This document shows, one piece after another, positions 38,101 through 49,799 of a stretch of DNA of 64,000 bases; within the stretch, counting starts at the first letter, position 1, and every line of letters begins with the position of its first letter. A program made the position numbers and the translations under genes. The notes under the pieces are model-generated. The model was not told the origin of the DNA. It did no database searches and saw only the letters and a program-made list of their open reading frames with translations. Where the stretch lies: NCBI GenBank assembly GCA_002633005.1, contig NMRA01000749.1, forward strand, positions 1 to 64,000, in the 5' to 3' direction. The stretch comes from Phoronis australis. Taxonomy: Eukaryota > Animalia > Phoronida.

Positions 38101-41100
38101 ATGCTCATGCGATAAACATTTCCACGGTTGCTCTTGTGGTCTTTATCACTGACTGCATTCCTGGCATCTGCTAGACCTGATTGTGGAACGAGGCCGTGAC
38201 CATGTGGCAGGTGCTGACTTGGATGCCTCATCACATTTGGCGTCTGGAAGTCTTTGTCTCATCGACCAACACGCTTTGTTGTAAATGAACTTACCTTATG
38301 GTGAAGGTGGGAGTCACTGCAGGGAATTAATATGTTGTGTGTGTTGTTAGTGCTGGGAAAGATTTGTCAAAGTTGCTCCAGTTGTCACTGTGTAGTCATG
38401 TCCACACTACAAGTTACCACAGAACAACTTGCCTTTGAGCATGTTGACCCCATTCTGGTGAATATCCACACCATGCAGCAAATATGGTGCAAACATAATT
38501 ATGCTCTATATGTATGTAACTGAACAAGCATGCAGCTTGTAGTTACTTCCATTTTTCTGCAGTTTTGTGTCCACACAACCCCTTGAGCTGGGGCAAGTTA
38601 ACCCACAACAAATTACCTTACCCCGATTAGGCGGGGTAAGTTATTACGTATCTGGTTGCCCCAACATAAATAGTGTCCACACGACTATTAAACCTACGAA
38701 CAACTCATTCCAGGGAACTTGTTATAAGGAAACACATTGTGTAGACGGCACTCATGACTTTTACAATCTCTTTGTTCCAGTTTACTTTTTAGCCAGAGCA
38801 TCCTGTCGCTTGACCTGATCGAGGATTTCCTCGGCTACCAGCATCGTAACCGCACCAGCGATCAGAAAATGGCGCAGACCGGTAGGTGGCAGCACGGCGC
38901 GGACTACTTCCGCATGGACGGCTCGACCTCGGCGCATGTACGTAAGAAGTGGCAGCACACATTCAACAGGAAGGACAATTACAGGTAGGATAATTCACCT
39001 TCATCTCAACAGACCACAATGTAAGTTTACAAACTTGGCAAATTTAACTTCATTGTACTGAAGACAATTATTGCTGACCTGCGTGCTTCTATGCATACAG
39101 GTCCCACTCTGTCTGTTTTACCGAAAGTTGTATGCCTGGTCATAGCTAAGACGATGTTATGGAATGATTGTGGATGTGATGTTGCATTTTGTGCTAGAGC
39201 GAATCCTTACAGCTGTTGTTAATTTGCTCATATTTCATTTACGTGCAAATTAAATTCGAAATTATGGCTGTTAGCTAAGACGGGCTTTTGATAAGCTGGT
39301 CCCTTGGCTTTTCAGATTGGAGAGTCCCTTTTACTACAGACTTTAGTCTTCTCTTGCTATTAAGAGCCCCCTGGTCCCTGTGGCTTATGCTACTTGGGGG
39401 GGGAGGGGTGGCTGGCCTTGTACAAATGCTCACCCACCAGTCAGGGCTTGGAATTTTCCACGGAAACGTGGATTTCCGCTTTTTTGAAATGTGCTTTCCG
39501 CTTTTTTTATAATATTTCCGCGTAAAAAAATCAGATTTGATATGAAATTTCCGTGGCAAATTCCTTTCTTACCGCGGCGTTGCAGACGACGTTCACCTCG
39601 GAAAGCGGAAGTTGCTCTTTATGTTTCGGAGGAACGTAAATTGTCAACATTGCTGCGGCATCTGGGTAAAGCATGGTGTGATTTTCAATGGCGGCTCGTG
39701 TTATTGTTAAGCGCGGCGACAAATACTACCGCTCTGCAGCCAAATTTGTGTGGGTTGGGAGTGGAAGGGCGAGCGAAAAGGACGCAGACACATGCTACTG
39801 ATGGTGGTAAGGTTTTTTTTTTGTCCTCCCGATTTTTGTCGCGGAAAGGTTCACATCGACCATTACAAAGGCTGGTTATCGGGCATGATTTGGGCCGTAA
39901 AAGTTTCCGCGTTTTTTGTCATTGGTCATTCCAAGCCTTGCTTGGGGGGGGAGGGGTGGCTGGCCTTGTACACATGCTCACCCATTTACATGATAAGGTA
40001 ATGAGATAAGCTCTGTAGAAATTTAGCTGACCTGAGGGTTGTGCAGTGTAGACAAGTTGGAGATGTGACCTCCCTTGTACCATATCACATTGTCTTCGTT
40101 GTTTGCAGGTCTCGTCTGTTTCTCATCTCGACCAAGGCCGGTTCCTTGGGTATCAATCTTGTGGCGGCCAATCGGGTGATTGTCTTTGACGCCTCTTGGA
40201 ACCCTTCCTACGATGTGCAATCCATATTCAGGGCCTACAGGTTCGGCCAAATAAAGCCCATCTTTGTATACAGGTTTCTGGCCCAGGTAATGTTCCTGTG
40301 TTGATACAACTATCCTGCAAAACTAAACATTGTTTTCTTTGTTCTTCATGTCTTTGTTTTTAACCGATGCTTTTGATTTTGCCGTGTCTGTCAAATATTT
40401 CTGCCATTCAGGAAAAGCATTACCATAAAAAGCTTTCTGATTTTTTATTTTCATTCGAGTTTGCATGATTATCCATCCAATGGTTTTGCTCATTTCAACA
40501 TCCCCATGCACTTGATCGGTATTTGGCCTGGTTTGTTGTCTCTGTTTCTTAGCTTAAATGACTGTATGAATGGTCTTGTGTATAGTCTTGCTGGTATCTC
40601 CCTCTAGGGGACTATGGAGGAGAAGATCTATGAACGACAAGTGATCAAAGAATCTCTCTCGCAGCGCGTAGTTGACGAGCATCAAATCGAGCGGCACTTC
40701 ACGCAGGCCGATCTCCAAGAGCTTTACATGTTCCAGCCGGATCGTATTGATGATGGCAAGGAGAAGCCAACGCCCAATGTACCCAAGGTACGGACATTTT
40801 ACTTGTATGTTGTCCAAATTGTGTGGTAAAATGACTCTTTTTTGGTAGTTCTTCCGTGTCGGACAAAATGAGTGCAAAATTCTTCAGTTTGTGTTTTCAA
40901 AAGCTCACTTGGTTGCTGCAAGTGCATAAACTTTTGGCAAATTTTATTTTTGATACCTGAGTTCACTAGTCTAAAGAAGAAATTTCTTAAAAAGTCATTT
41001 TTATTAAAAAATTTGTGAGGGCTGTTCCAGCAAAATCTGTTTGGGAGGGGGGGAAGGCACTTTTATTTCGTACCCACCGCCCATATTTTTCATTTATTTC

Positions 41101-44100
41101 TCCAACCCATGACCCATAATTTTTTAATTATTTTTAATACGTTAAAATATAAAATCCAACACTTGCAAGCAAATTGCCTCCAGGAGGACCTGTTAAGAAC
41201 TTAGATGATTGACAGACAAGAACTAGTTGTCTTGTCCAATATTGTCAAAAACTAAAGTAGCCTGTGTGCAATACTTTTGGCAGCCACCAGGTGTCTCTGT
41301 TCACCATGTGTCTATAATTTCAATGAACATTTTTTCAATTATAAGGATCTATGAATCTCAAACTGTCTCCACGAACTTTTATACTTCTATGTCAAGTGAA
41401 TATTGGAACTTGTTTATCTTACTCCTCATACTTTTTATTTAAAAATCATCAATTTTTATGCGCCTACATATTTATATGTGGACGCATTATGCCGTCATCT
41501 CCGTCCGTCCGTCCGTCCGTCCGTCCGTCCGTCCGGGCGGCGTCCGGCGTCCGCTGCTCTATCTCCAAAACCCTTTGACATACGTTCATGAAATTTGGCA
41601 CATATGTTCCATTCATGAATGGGATGGCATGTGCGAACTTTCGGACGGATCCGACTACCGGTGTGCCCCCTAGTGGCAATTTTAGTTTTTTACGCTTACC
41701 ATTGTATCTTCAAAAGTTCTGAACGGATTTTCATGAAATTTGGTATGTAGGCACCTATTAGTGAGATGACGCTATCCTCCAGTTTTCAGATGGATTCGAC
41801 ATAGTTTGCGCCACNNNNNNNNNNNNNNNNNNNNNNNNNNNNNNNNNNNNNNNNNNNNNNNNNNNNNNNNNNNNNNNNNNNNNNNNNNNNNNNNNNNNNN
41901 NNNNNNNNNNNNNNNNNNNNNNNNNNNNNNNNNNNNNNNNNNNNNNNNNNNNNNNNNNNNNNNNNNNNNNNNNNNNNNNNNNNNNNNNNNNNNNNNNNNN
42001 NNNNNNNNNNNNNNNNNNNNNNNNNNNNNNNNNNNNNNNNNNNNNNNNNNNNNNNNNNNNNNNNNNNNNNNNNNNNNNNNNNNNNNNNNNNNNNNNNNNN
42101 NNNNNNNNNNNNNNNNNNNNNNNNNNNNNNNNNNNNNNNNNNNNNNNNNNNNNNNNNNNNNNNNNNNNNNNNNNNNNNNNNNNNNNNNNNNNNNNNNNNN
42201 NNNNNNNNNNNNNNNNNNNNNNNNNNNNNNNNTTTTTAATTCTATGTTTCTGTGGTGCTTTAAGCAACTGATGTATAGGATGTGCTTGTATTATGAAGAT
42301 CACTCACATTTTGCCCCTAGCCTATTGAGGAGACAATGACCATGCCTTTCCATTTTGCAAAGTACAACATACTACATATATGCCCTCTACTGGCCACTTT
42401 ATGGTACCAATAAACAACCCTAGAAGGATACCGTATACGGTGCAATTGTGGGTGCATTTCAATGCTCTGCGTTGCTCTTGTCTTATATGTGTTAACACCA
42501 GTTTAGTGTTGCATAACTTTTCAATTCAATAGGACTGCAGACAAACAGTTGGCTCAAATCAAGTTGCCCATGACTTGATTAATGGCTTAGTGAATATATT
42601 GCACTCTGTTCACTGGCAATATGGGCTGTTTTGTATTGGGATAAGTTAGGATATATGCCAATTGCATTTTTTTTTAGTTTTGATGGCTGAAGTTACCAAC
42701 CTTTCAACATTAACCGGTCAAAAAATACCACCCATTTTTAATGCATCACTTCTTACAGGAACGACCACCCATAATTTGAGTTTTTTTCTGAAGACCACCA
42801 CCCATGAATTTTTATTTCTATTGCCGTCCCCCCCTCCCACACGGATTTTACTGGAACAGCCCTGAGAATGAAATCCCTCCTTGTTGTGTCCCAAGAGCTT
42901 ATCCCTGTGGTTTGTATGTGTGCCATCGTGCTAATCAAACTTGCTGTTGATTGTTTACTAAGCTTCATTGTGTTTTAGGACGGCGTGCTGGCTGAACTAT
43001 TGACCTCGCACCATGACTGGATCGTGGACTACCACGAACATGACTCACTATTGGAGAACAAAATTGACGAGGGTCTGACGGAAGAAGAGAGGAAGGCTGC
43101 CTGGGAGGAGTATGAGAATGAGAAGAAGGGCTTCCAGGTGCAGGCGGAGCCCACTGGCCAGCCCTGGGTTAATCCGCTATGTGAGTATAGTGTGGTGAAG
43201 GATATGGGTCACCCACCAGCCAGCTCTTGGTTAATACTCTATGTGTGAGTGTAGAGTGTAATGCGTTGGGGGTAGAACATCCTGGTATAGGCCCAGCCCA
43301 CTAGCCAACGCTGAGTTTATTCTCTGTGTGCACATTTAGTGAAGCGTTGGGTCATCCTTGCATAGGCCCCACCCACTTGTCAGCCTTGAGTTAATCCTCT
43401 ATCTGAGTGTATCATGCAGTAGGAATGGTGAATCCTTTTAGCATGGGCCTCGTCCACTGGCCAGTCGTGGGTTAATAGTCTGGGAGTGTGTAGTGTGATA
43501 AGTATTGGGACACTGTAACAAAGGCTCCGCCTGAGTGGCCAGTTTTGGTTTAGTGCTCTCGATGTGTGTATAGTTTGGTAAAGTATTTGGATTATAGCAT
43601 ACGAGGCTCCTCCCAACTGGCCTGTCTTGGGTTAACAATCTTTATGGGAATTTAGAGAGTTGAGGGAATGTGACATCTTGGCACACACTTTACTGTCTGA
43701 CTTGCTCTGGGTTAACCCAAACTTTGACTATAGTTTGATGCTGTCTGAAATATCTGTGTGAGAATATTGTATTGGGGAGTGAGATGTGTTTATAACAGAC
43801 TCCATCCATTGGTTAACCCTGTAGTAACTGGAAAGCTCATCGTGCAACATGCTCTATCTAGCTTTGGCTCCACCCTCTTTCTGAACTTAGGGTGGTGTGT
43901 GGGAGGAGCTCTTGCTACATACCACGCCCACTGGCCAGAACTGGGTCAATGGCTTTTATGATTTGTCTTGTTTGGAACCATGTTTAGGTTCACTATAAAA
44001 TGCGGAAGTCAACATTTCTTGCACTTGCATTCATTGAAAATATGTCTTCAAAGAAATACAATTCATCCACATAGTCTGCCTCTTGTTACACCTTCCATTG

Positions 44101-45418
44101 TTCTGTTGTTTCAGATTCTGACAATCTCTCGTTCAGCTCACAGTATTTATCGCAAGTGGCTATGATGATGCGTGCGCAGGTAGGTGTATTTCTAAAAAAA
44201 ATGTCGTGTTCGGAATGTATTTGCCTTGTGGCACACTTTTGTTTAACAAGCCTCCACTCACATTGTTTTGTGGGCACTTGAGTTCAAACTCTATATAAGC
44301 ATTTGTAAATTATCCAAGGGTACAACTGCAGATTCAGTTGCTTAGCAAAGACTTGGCTAAGATAGCTTCACTTCTTAGATAACTTATTGTAGGAGCTTAC
44401 AAATTCCACTTTAAATCTGTTAAATATTTCTCAATGACCTCTATGCTAACAACATATTTTCAAGTTATCATATGGCTGCCTCCATCCTGTGTGGCCTATC
44501 CCAGCTGCGACATCTGTTGGTGGGTACAAACACTACACAGTGCCATCTTGTTTTGCAGCATCCTCACCTGACAGCACTTGAACTGCAACAGGCCCTTCAG
44601 AAGTACATGCATATGCAGTATGAACGGGTAGGTGGACACTTCACGTCACCTTGTTTAACTTTTTACAATTATTGTTTATTAACTACAGTAAAAGACTACT
44701 GGTTGGGACAGTGAAAAATTATTTTTCTCAAGATCGAAGCTTGTATCAGATTTTAGAAATAGACAATAAGTCAGTTAATTTGGCTTTGTGCTAACAAATA
44801 CTTCTCTCAGACGTATCCATACAAGTCTGGTCAAGAAATGCGTCCTTTTTTAAGGCAAGAACTCTAACTGGAAATCCTTGTGGTGAGAAATTTTCACTTA
44901 TGGAATGCAACATAGATTCCCTTCTATGATTTCACATTCCGGTCTCATTCACCCATCACTTCAGTGGCAGCCATTTTTGGTAGTAGATGCTATTAAGGTC
45001 TTCAGCTTACTCGCGAAACACTCACCTTCCACCCACCTGGTGCAATCTCATTTGTATCGCAAAAAACATGCCCTGCGAAATGCTACCTGCTGGTCTCTAA
45101 CAACAAAGTCAACAGAATGTACCGTTAGAGTTACAGGATGGGATATGGCTTGTAGTGCCACCAGGTGTGAACCAGCACTCACATGTTGTTGATCACATTT
45201 TTCAGCAAGCTCAAGTGCAAGCCCAAGCGCAAACGCAACCGCAACCGCCGCAGCACCGATATGTACAGGCAGGTCATATGACCTCTGTCACTCAGGACCA
45301 GGAGATGAAGCGTCAGCGCATGTTGGCATTTCAACAGCAGCAGCGGTTGATACGGCAACAACAGGCCACCATCATGGAGATGCCGTCCACTTCGACCAAT
45401 CATAACCTTAATCGGTAG
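8121..45418 (+). CDS. ATRX: Transcriptional regulator ATRX (SNF2-family chromatin remodeller); 30 coding exons, about 2185 aa when duplicated exon blocks are counted once
   Basis: Phase-consistent GT-AG exon chain: 8121-8311, 9367-9566, 10511-10606, 11506-11606, 12199-12382, 12866-14628, 15160-15283, 15407-15754, 21093-21229, 22545-22707, 23739-23964, 24172-24427, 24721-24888, 27083-27221, 27786-27895, 28098-28247, 28750-28927, 32791-32928, 33369-33544, 33818-34054, 34608-34714, 36780-36880, 37877-38030, 38781-38984, 40109-40286, 40608-40787, 42979-43180, 44115-44179, 44559-44627, 45206-45418 (sum 6558 nt, ends TAG). ATRX-diagnostic peptides: [12 protein letters not shown] zinc fingers, [31 protein letters not shown]. 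The start codon is tentative because an acceptor precedes it at 8117. Confidence 0.96.
11506..12960 (+). CDS. ATRX: ATRX ADD domain exons (GATA-like plus PHD-like zinc fingers)
   Basis: 11506-11606 [30 protein letters not shown]; 12199-12382 TCYKFY...[34 protein letters not shown]; 12866 onward [24 protein letters not shown]. These match the vertebrate ATRX ADD pattern. Confidence 0.96.
12866..14628 (+). CDS. ATRX: ATRX large (1763 bp) exon, K/E/S/D-rich disordered linker
   Basis: Acceptor TTTCAG at 12865; ORF 12904-14673 in frame; donor AGG|GTAGGT at 14628. Confidence 0.92.
16173..19207 (+). repeat. Second copy of 13820-16171 (3' half of large exon plus exons 17524-17647 and 18443-18790); probable uncollapsed haplotype
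   Basis: About 97% identical to 13820-16171. Begins mid-exon immediately after a single n at 16172. Carries an extra 672 bp at 17744-18415. Confidence 0.9.
22803..23549. mobile_element. hAT-like non-autonomous element with a second hAT-like left end nested inside; spans n at 23386
   Basis: TIR pair CAGGGATATAC (22803) / GTATGTCCCTG (23549). Inner CAGAGCTGCCAAC end at about 22814 with CCGT/ACGG subterminal motifs. Confidence 0.55.
25502..26958. mobile_element. Pogo/Tc2-like (TA-CCGTA-ended) DNA transposon remnant
   Basis: Left end TACCGTATTCGCCCCAATAACCGCCC with TAAGxGCCC subterminal motifs; partial inverted match GGGCAGTATT at the right end; absent from the second haplotype copy. No transposase ORF recognised. 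Confidence 0.5.
27083..34054 (+). CDS. ATRX: ATRX SNF2 ATPase N-terminal lobe exons (motifs Q, I, Ia, II, III)
   Basis: [96 protein letters not shown]. Confidence 0.97.
28939..31925 (+). repeat. Second copy of 24109-28937 (six ATRX exons: 29002-29260, 29554-29721, 30077-30215, 30781-30890, 31086-31235, 31738-31915); probable uncollapsed haplotype
   Basis: Near-identical exons and introns; starts right after single n at 28938; lacks about 1.84 kb present in copy 1. Confidence 0.9.
35240..36063 (+). mobile_element. 5'-truncated DINE-1/Helentron-associated (HINE-like) element, same family as 41453-42481
   Basis: Internal repeated CCCCTAGTGGC / AAATTTGGCAC blocks; 3' inverted repeat TGGGCGCAT (36031-36039) followed by stem-loop CAACGC-TCC-GCGTTG and CTCTTGT. 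Confidence 0.7.
36952..37451. mobile_element. ~500-bp hAT-like MITE, copy A
   Basis: TIR CAGGGCTTGGAAT / ATTCCAAGCCCTG; highly similar to 39442-39940; no clean 8-bp TSD. Confidence 0.85.
37877..40787 (+). CDS. ATRX: ATRX helicase C-terminal lobe exons (motifs IV-VI)
   Basis: [94 protein letters not shown]. Confidence 0.97.
39442..39940. mobile_element. ~500-bp hAT-like MITE, copy B
   Basis: TIR CAGGGCTTGGAAT / ATTCCAAGCCTTG; flanked by a 44-bp direct duplication. Confidence 0.85.
41453..42481 (+). mobile_element. DINE-1/Helentron-associated (HINE-like) element nested in the Harbinger-like element
   Basis: T-run, 5' palindrome ATGCGCCTACATAT...ATATGTGGACGCAT (41458-41487), (CCGT)n 41501-41535, 3' inverted repeat TGGGTGCAT (42449-42457), stem-loop CAATGC-TCT-GCGTTG. 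The interior crosses the N gap. Confidence 0.78.
41815..42231. other. Assembly gap (N run)
   Basis: About 417 consecutive N. Confidence 0.99.
43150..43960 (+). repeat. Degenerate tandem array (about 10 units, mostly 75-85 nt period) derived from the ATRX exon 27 / intron junction
   Basis: Recurrent CCCACTGGCCAG..TGGGTTAAT..CTATGTGAGT.TAG motif at about 43150, 43212, 43297, 43372, 43453, 43531, 43613, 43700, 43801, 43927. Confidence 0.8.
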
Positions 45419-45592
45419 ACAAGCGTTTATCGTTCAATAGCCAATTCACTTTGTAAGCCAAATGATGTTTCTACATCACCTCTTTGAACTGATATTTAGT
45501 TTATTCATATCAATCATGATGGAATGATGACAGGAGGCAGGTGGAGTTTAGTTGGAAACCAGTCAGTATTTATACCTAAGTTCTGAAGTCTG

Positions 45593-45993
45593 GGCCCGGT
45601 CTCCAATCTTTTTACTCGAAATGGAACTCGAAATTGGGTTTGGCATTTTTTACTCTACTTTTGGGCGAACTCAAGATAAGTGTTTATTATTCTATGCTCG
45701 AGTACACAATAACTTACGTAGATAGTTTATTGCCCTTAGTTCACAGTTTGTAAACCCAATATTAAAGCAATAAGTTCGAGTTTGAACTCGATATTTCGAG
45801 TTTTTACTCGAGTTTGTAGCACGAATATAAGGGTCTTCAAGGGCAAACTTGAACTAGAAACTCCTATGCATAAACTATAATGTATTCGAGCACGGTCTGA
45901 TAACCAATTATCTTAAGTTCCCACAAAAGGAGCCGAGAAATTGCCAAAAATAATTTCGAGTTCGTTTCGAGTACAAAGATTAGAGACCGGGCC
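45593..45993. mobile_element. Harbinger-like MITE downstream of the ATRX stop (probable 3' UTR)
   Basis: Long TIR GGCCCGGTCTCCAATCTTT.TACTCGAAA / TTTCGAGTACAAAGATTAGAGACCGGGCC; CTG 3-bp TSD on both sides; internal CTCGA/TCGAG motifs. Confidence 0.85.
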
Positions 45994-46379
45994 CTGGTCT
46001 TAGGTGCGACAGCTGTAACTTTGAAGTCAGTCGCAACGTTTCTGTCTTGTAAGTAAAATGTCGCATTTGCAACAGTGTGCCTACTATGACTGTCTTGGCT
46101 ATGACTTGACCTATGACCTCTGATAAAATGTACCCAGATCACTACCGAGACACGCTTGGAATCTGCTCAATGTCGCATGAATGAGTCAATTGAGTGTGCG
46201 GATTGAATTTGCATAAGGATGTTTATTTGTAGTTACTTTGATAGAGTTGCATTGTGGTCGTAGATTCAGTAGTATAATGCAATTTCAGTTGTAAGTTTAA
46301 ATGCATGTATCCAAAGCAGCAATGATTCAATTCCACTTGTAAGTCCTACAGTAAATCAAACCTTTCCTGCTTGATCACT

Positions 46380-46450
46380 CATGGGCGGCGCACCATAGAG
46401 GGCTGGAGGGGCTTTAGCCCCTCACTTTTTTCAGTGCTGCGCCGCCTATG
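46380..46450. mobile_element. 71-bp TIR micro-element with 5-bp TSD TCACT
   Basis: CATGGGCGGCGC...GCGCCGCCTATG flanked by TCACT (46375-46379 and 46451-46455). Confidence 0.8.
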
Positions 46451-49409
46451 TCACTCCGTGCTTTATGTGGATTGAAGGAGGTTCCTGCATTTAAGTACAA
46501 GCATTACCTGGTGTGCATTCAGCTATACTGGGCAGTCTGATTGATGTTCTGACAATTTCTCCAAAAAGTAAACATTCCGTTCTGGCCATTTAATCACTTT
46601 CAGTGGCAGTCGCTTTGCTGTCCAAAGCTTACAAGGTTGCCTTTCAGTAGCTTGATCTTAGCGAACTTATAGGGCATTTATACCGATTCGGTCCCTTTGT
46701 CTATAGTGAAACTGTGGTGAATGCTATAGATCAAACATGATTGAAAAAGGCAACAGGTGCTGTAATAATTCTCTAGTTAAGTATATGTATTTTGTTATGT
46801 AGCTTCAGTTCAGCAGTTTTGCAGCAAAAGGGGCTTCTGCGATCTGGTTTAAGTCATTGTAAATATGTGTAGAGATAATATATTATAGAAAGGCCATTTT
46901 TTAAGATTCCAAGGATGGTTTACTTAATATGGTTCTTTTATTTTTTGTACACTGCCTTGCAGTAGTTTTGTCGATTCATATGACTTTGTCAAAGTTACGA
47001 AGAAAAAAAAAAAACAAACAGCTGATTTTTTTGCTCCAAAATTGAGATAATTTTCTTTGAAAACTTAAAAACTTCTCATTTAGGCAGTGGTAACTGTATG
47101 CATGCTTGTAAATTATAAATAATTGTCTTCAATTCTTTCTCAATATTTATTCCAAGATTAACAACGCACCTCCTGAAGTTGAAATTACAAATCTCTCACA
47201 CTGCCCGTGGTATACAAGAGGACATATAATGATCTACAATACAGTCTAACCGTATTTCAATAAATCTGGTGAATAGCTTGCTTGTGAAAGTATGCCTGAT
47301 GAATCACAAGCCAACTGTGTTGTTTTTAAATGGTATTAAAATACCATTTGGTGTCGTCAAACTTCCATAACAGCGAATGTTTTAGAAAGGCTACGGGAAG
47401 GTGTGCCGTAACACAGTTAAGACGATAGATGTGTTCTGCTGCATTGAGATGTGCTCACAGTTTCTTAACTATTTACTTGCAAAATGAAAATTTTAATTTC
47501 TTCAATGCAAACCAAAACTGGTGAAACTCCATACAAGACGTTAAAACATTCAGTGAAGTGAAGATATTACAGTACTTATCTACACACGTGCATATGTGCT
47601 ACCTTTCATTACCATCTGTACAAATGAGTGTCCACTGAGTCAGTCCTATTTTACCATCGAGTGTACCTACAAACACATCTAACTAACTTAATATTAAAAA
47701 ACTCCAAAATGGTGCAATGGATCAACAATAGCATATAAATTGCATGAAAATATATCTCATTCAGTAATGGAAAACTGTACACTTTATATATATTCTTAAT
47801 ATAACATTATATACACAGATTTTAATAAAGTCAACAATGAGCAATCAATGCAAGCAAGAAATAAGTTTTCTACTAAGTTGGTAAAATTAGTAAACACTGT
47901 GTTGAAGGCAAGAAAATGTAATGGTGACAGATGCCGTTTCAAACACAACACAATGTTAATCGGACTTAACCTCACTTATGGTCAAGGTTCTTAGAACACA
48001 AAATGGCGAAATAGTTAAAACTATTTTTTTGAAAAATTTCAAGAAAAATGAATGGGAAGAACACTATTTCATCATTTACACAGTTTACAGGACGAAAATT
48101 TGCACATTTTTGGCAATTATAGTTCTAATTTCAGGAAACTACCCCATTTGGTAACAGACCGGCTGCTCACATACATTCGTGAGCACAGTGTCTCGTCTCC
48201 AAGTAGATTTTTTGTCAACAGACGCGAAAGTCAAGTTCGTTTTTTCAAGGTCTGCCTACAAGATATCCACATCTAAACTGCAAATTACTCAACATAGCAC
48301 GCAATGGTTACTTGCTCTCTGAAGAGGTAGATATAACAAAATACACTCCATGGGGTGACATCTGGTGACATTAAAGAGGAGTGACTTAGGTGAAATTAAA
48401 TTAAAAGAATATTGAAAATTGGTGACGAAGATGGTGATGAATGATCATAACGAAGATGAGGCAAGGAAATGGATGAAGACGAGGACGATTACAATCATCA
48501 TGACAAGGCTAATGCAGGTGAAGACAGCGGTTATGATGATGATAAAGAGAGCCACGAATATAGAAACGGATGACGAAAAGGATAACATCTCGTGCAATAT
48601 ATGACTAGCCAACAGTGGAGAAGACCAACATTAAATCAATCAACATCATACAATGCTGTTGACAAAATCGATAGAGACAAAGGCTTGTACAACGGCGAAT
48701 TATTTCCATTGGCCTTTGAATAAAGAATTAAGGAAATGGAATAAAGACATGCAAAATAATTCAAAATATGTACATGCTCCATCTTTAAAACAAAATTTAA
48801 TTTGGAAGCCTATGTTTCATTCAAATTACCCTATAGCTTCTTAAAGGTCCTTTGCTAAGTTCCAATGTTCAAATCACAGACTGTGGGTCAAGGTGGGCAG
48901 TTTCTGGTAACTGATGAGTTGTGATCTCCTCACATGGAATTTTTCTGCACCCACAAAAACTTTGTGGTCGGTCCGTCTGTCATTATCCTTTCTCGTCCAT
49001 CAATTATCTCAAGAACCACTAGGTAGATCATGATAAAATTTAGTATAGAGGTACTTGGCAAGGATGCACCTGCACCAGTCGATTTCCAGGCGGGTTTGGC
49101 AACATTGGCACCCCATGTTGGCCGCTTTAGTTTTCGACAAGCCATTCCTTGTATGTTGGTTATCTCAATAACTGCTTCAGTGATCACTGACAATGAAAGT
49201 CGAGATAGAAGTATATTGCAAGAATGTGTCGGCAACAGTCAGTTTTTGGACGCTGGATTCAACTACTGTGGCACCCCATAAAATTTTGAAAAGACAGGTT
49301 GATTATCTCAAAAAGTGCTAGGCACAACTGGAAATTTGGGACAAAAATATATAGCAGGGATGGATGCATTGAAAGAAGACATTTTCGTTTTGATTCGACC
49401 ACCCTCTTA

Positions 49410-49638
49410 GCTACTTTAGACTTTGACAATATTGGACAAGACAACCTAGTTCTTGTCTGTCAATCATCCAAGTTCTTAACAGGTCATCCCAGAGATAATT
49501 TGTTTGCAAGTGTTGAATTTTACATTTTAACCTTTTTAATTAAAAAATTATGGGTCATGGGTTGGAGAAAAATGAAAAATATGGGCGGTGGGTACGAAAT
49601 AAAAGTGCCTTCCCCCCTCCCATTTGCTGGAACAGCCC
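49410..49638 (-). mobile_element. Partial inverted copy of the Harbinger-like element left end
   Basis: Reverse complement of about 41019-41262; ends CTGGAACAGCCC. Confidence 0.8.
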
Positions 49639-49799
49639 TCAGTTAAAAACTAATTGATGTCTAAAATATTACACGCGCATGTATGCATACTCGTGTATTG
49701 TATGGTATATGTGTTGTTATGTACTGTGAGTAAATGGCCTCAAGTACAAAATATAAAATAAAACAATGCAATGGTGATCAGTCAACAAGAAAGTCACAA

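Larger units (their letters stand above)
41019..42862. mobile_element. PIF/Harbinger-like non-autonomous DNA transposon
   Basis: About 34-bp TIR GGGCTGTTCCAGYAAAATC...GGGAGGGGGG at both ends; 3-bp TSD TGA (41016-41018 and 42863-42865). A partial inverted copy lies at 49410-49638. Confidence 0.85.

Noticed and set aside
36815-40009. Paralogous 156-aa and 172-aa ORFs
   Set aside because: Chance reading frames through the two copies of the non-coding MITE; no transposase motifs.
41758-42339. ORFs of 177-181 aa
   Set aside because: Artefacts of translating through the N gap.
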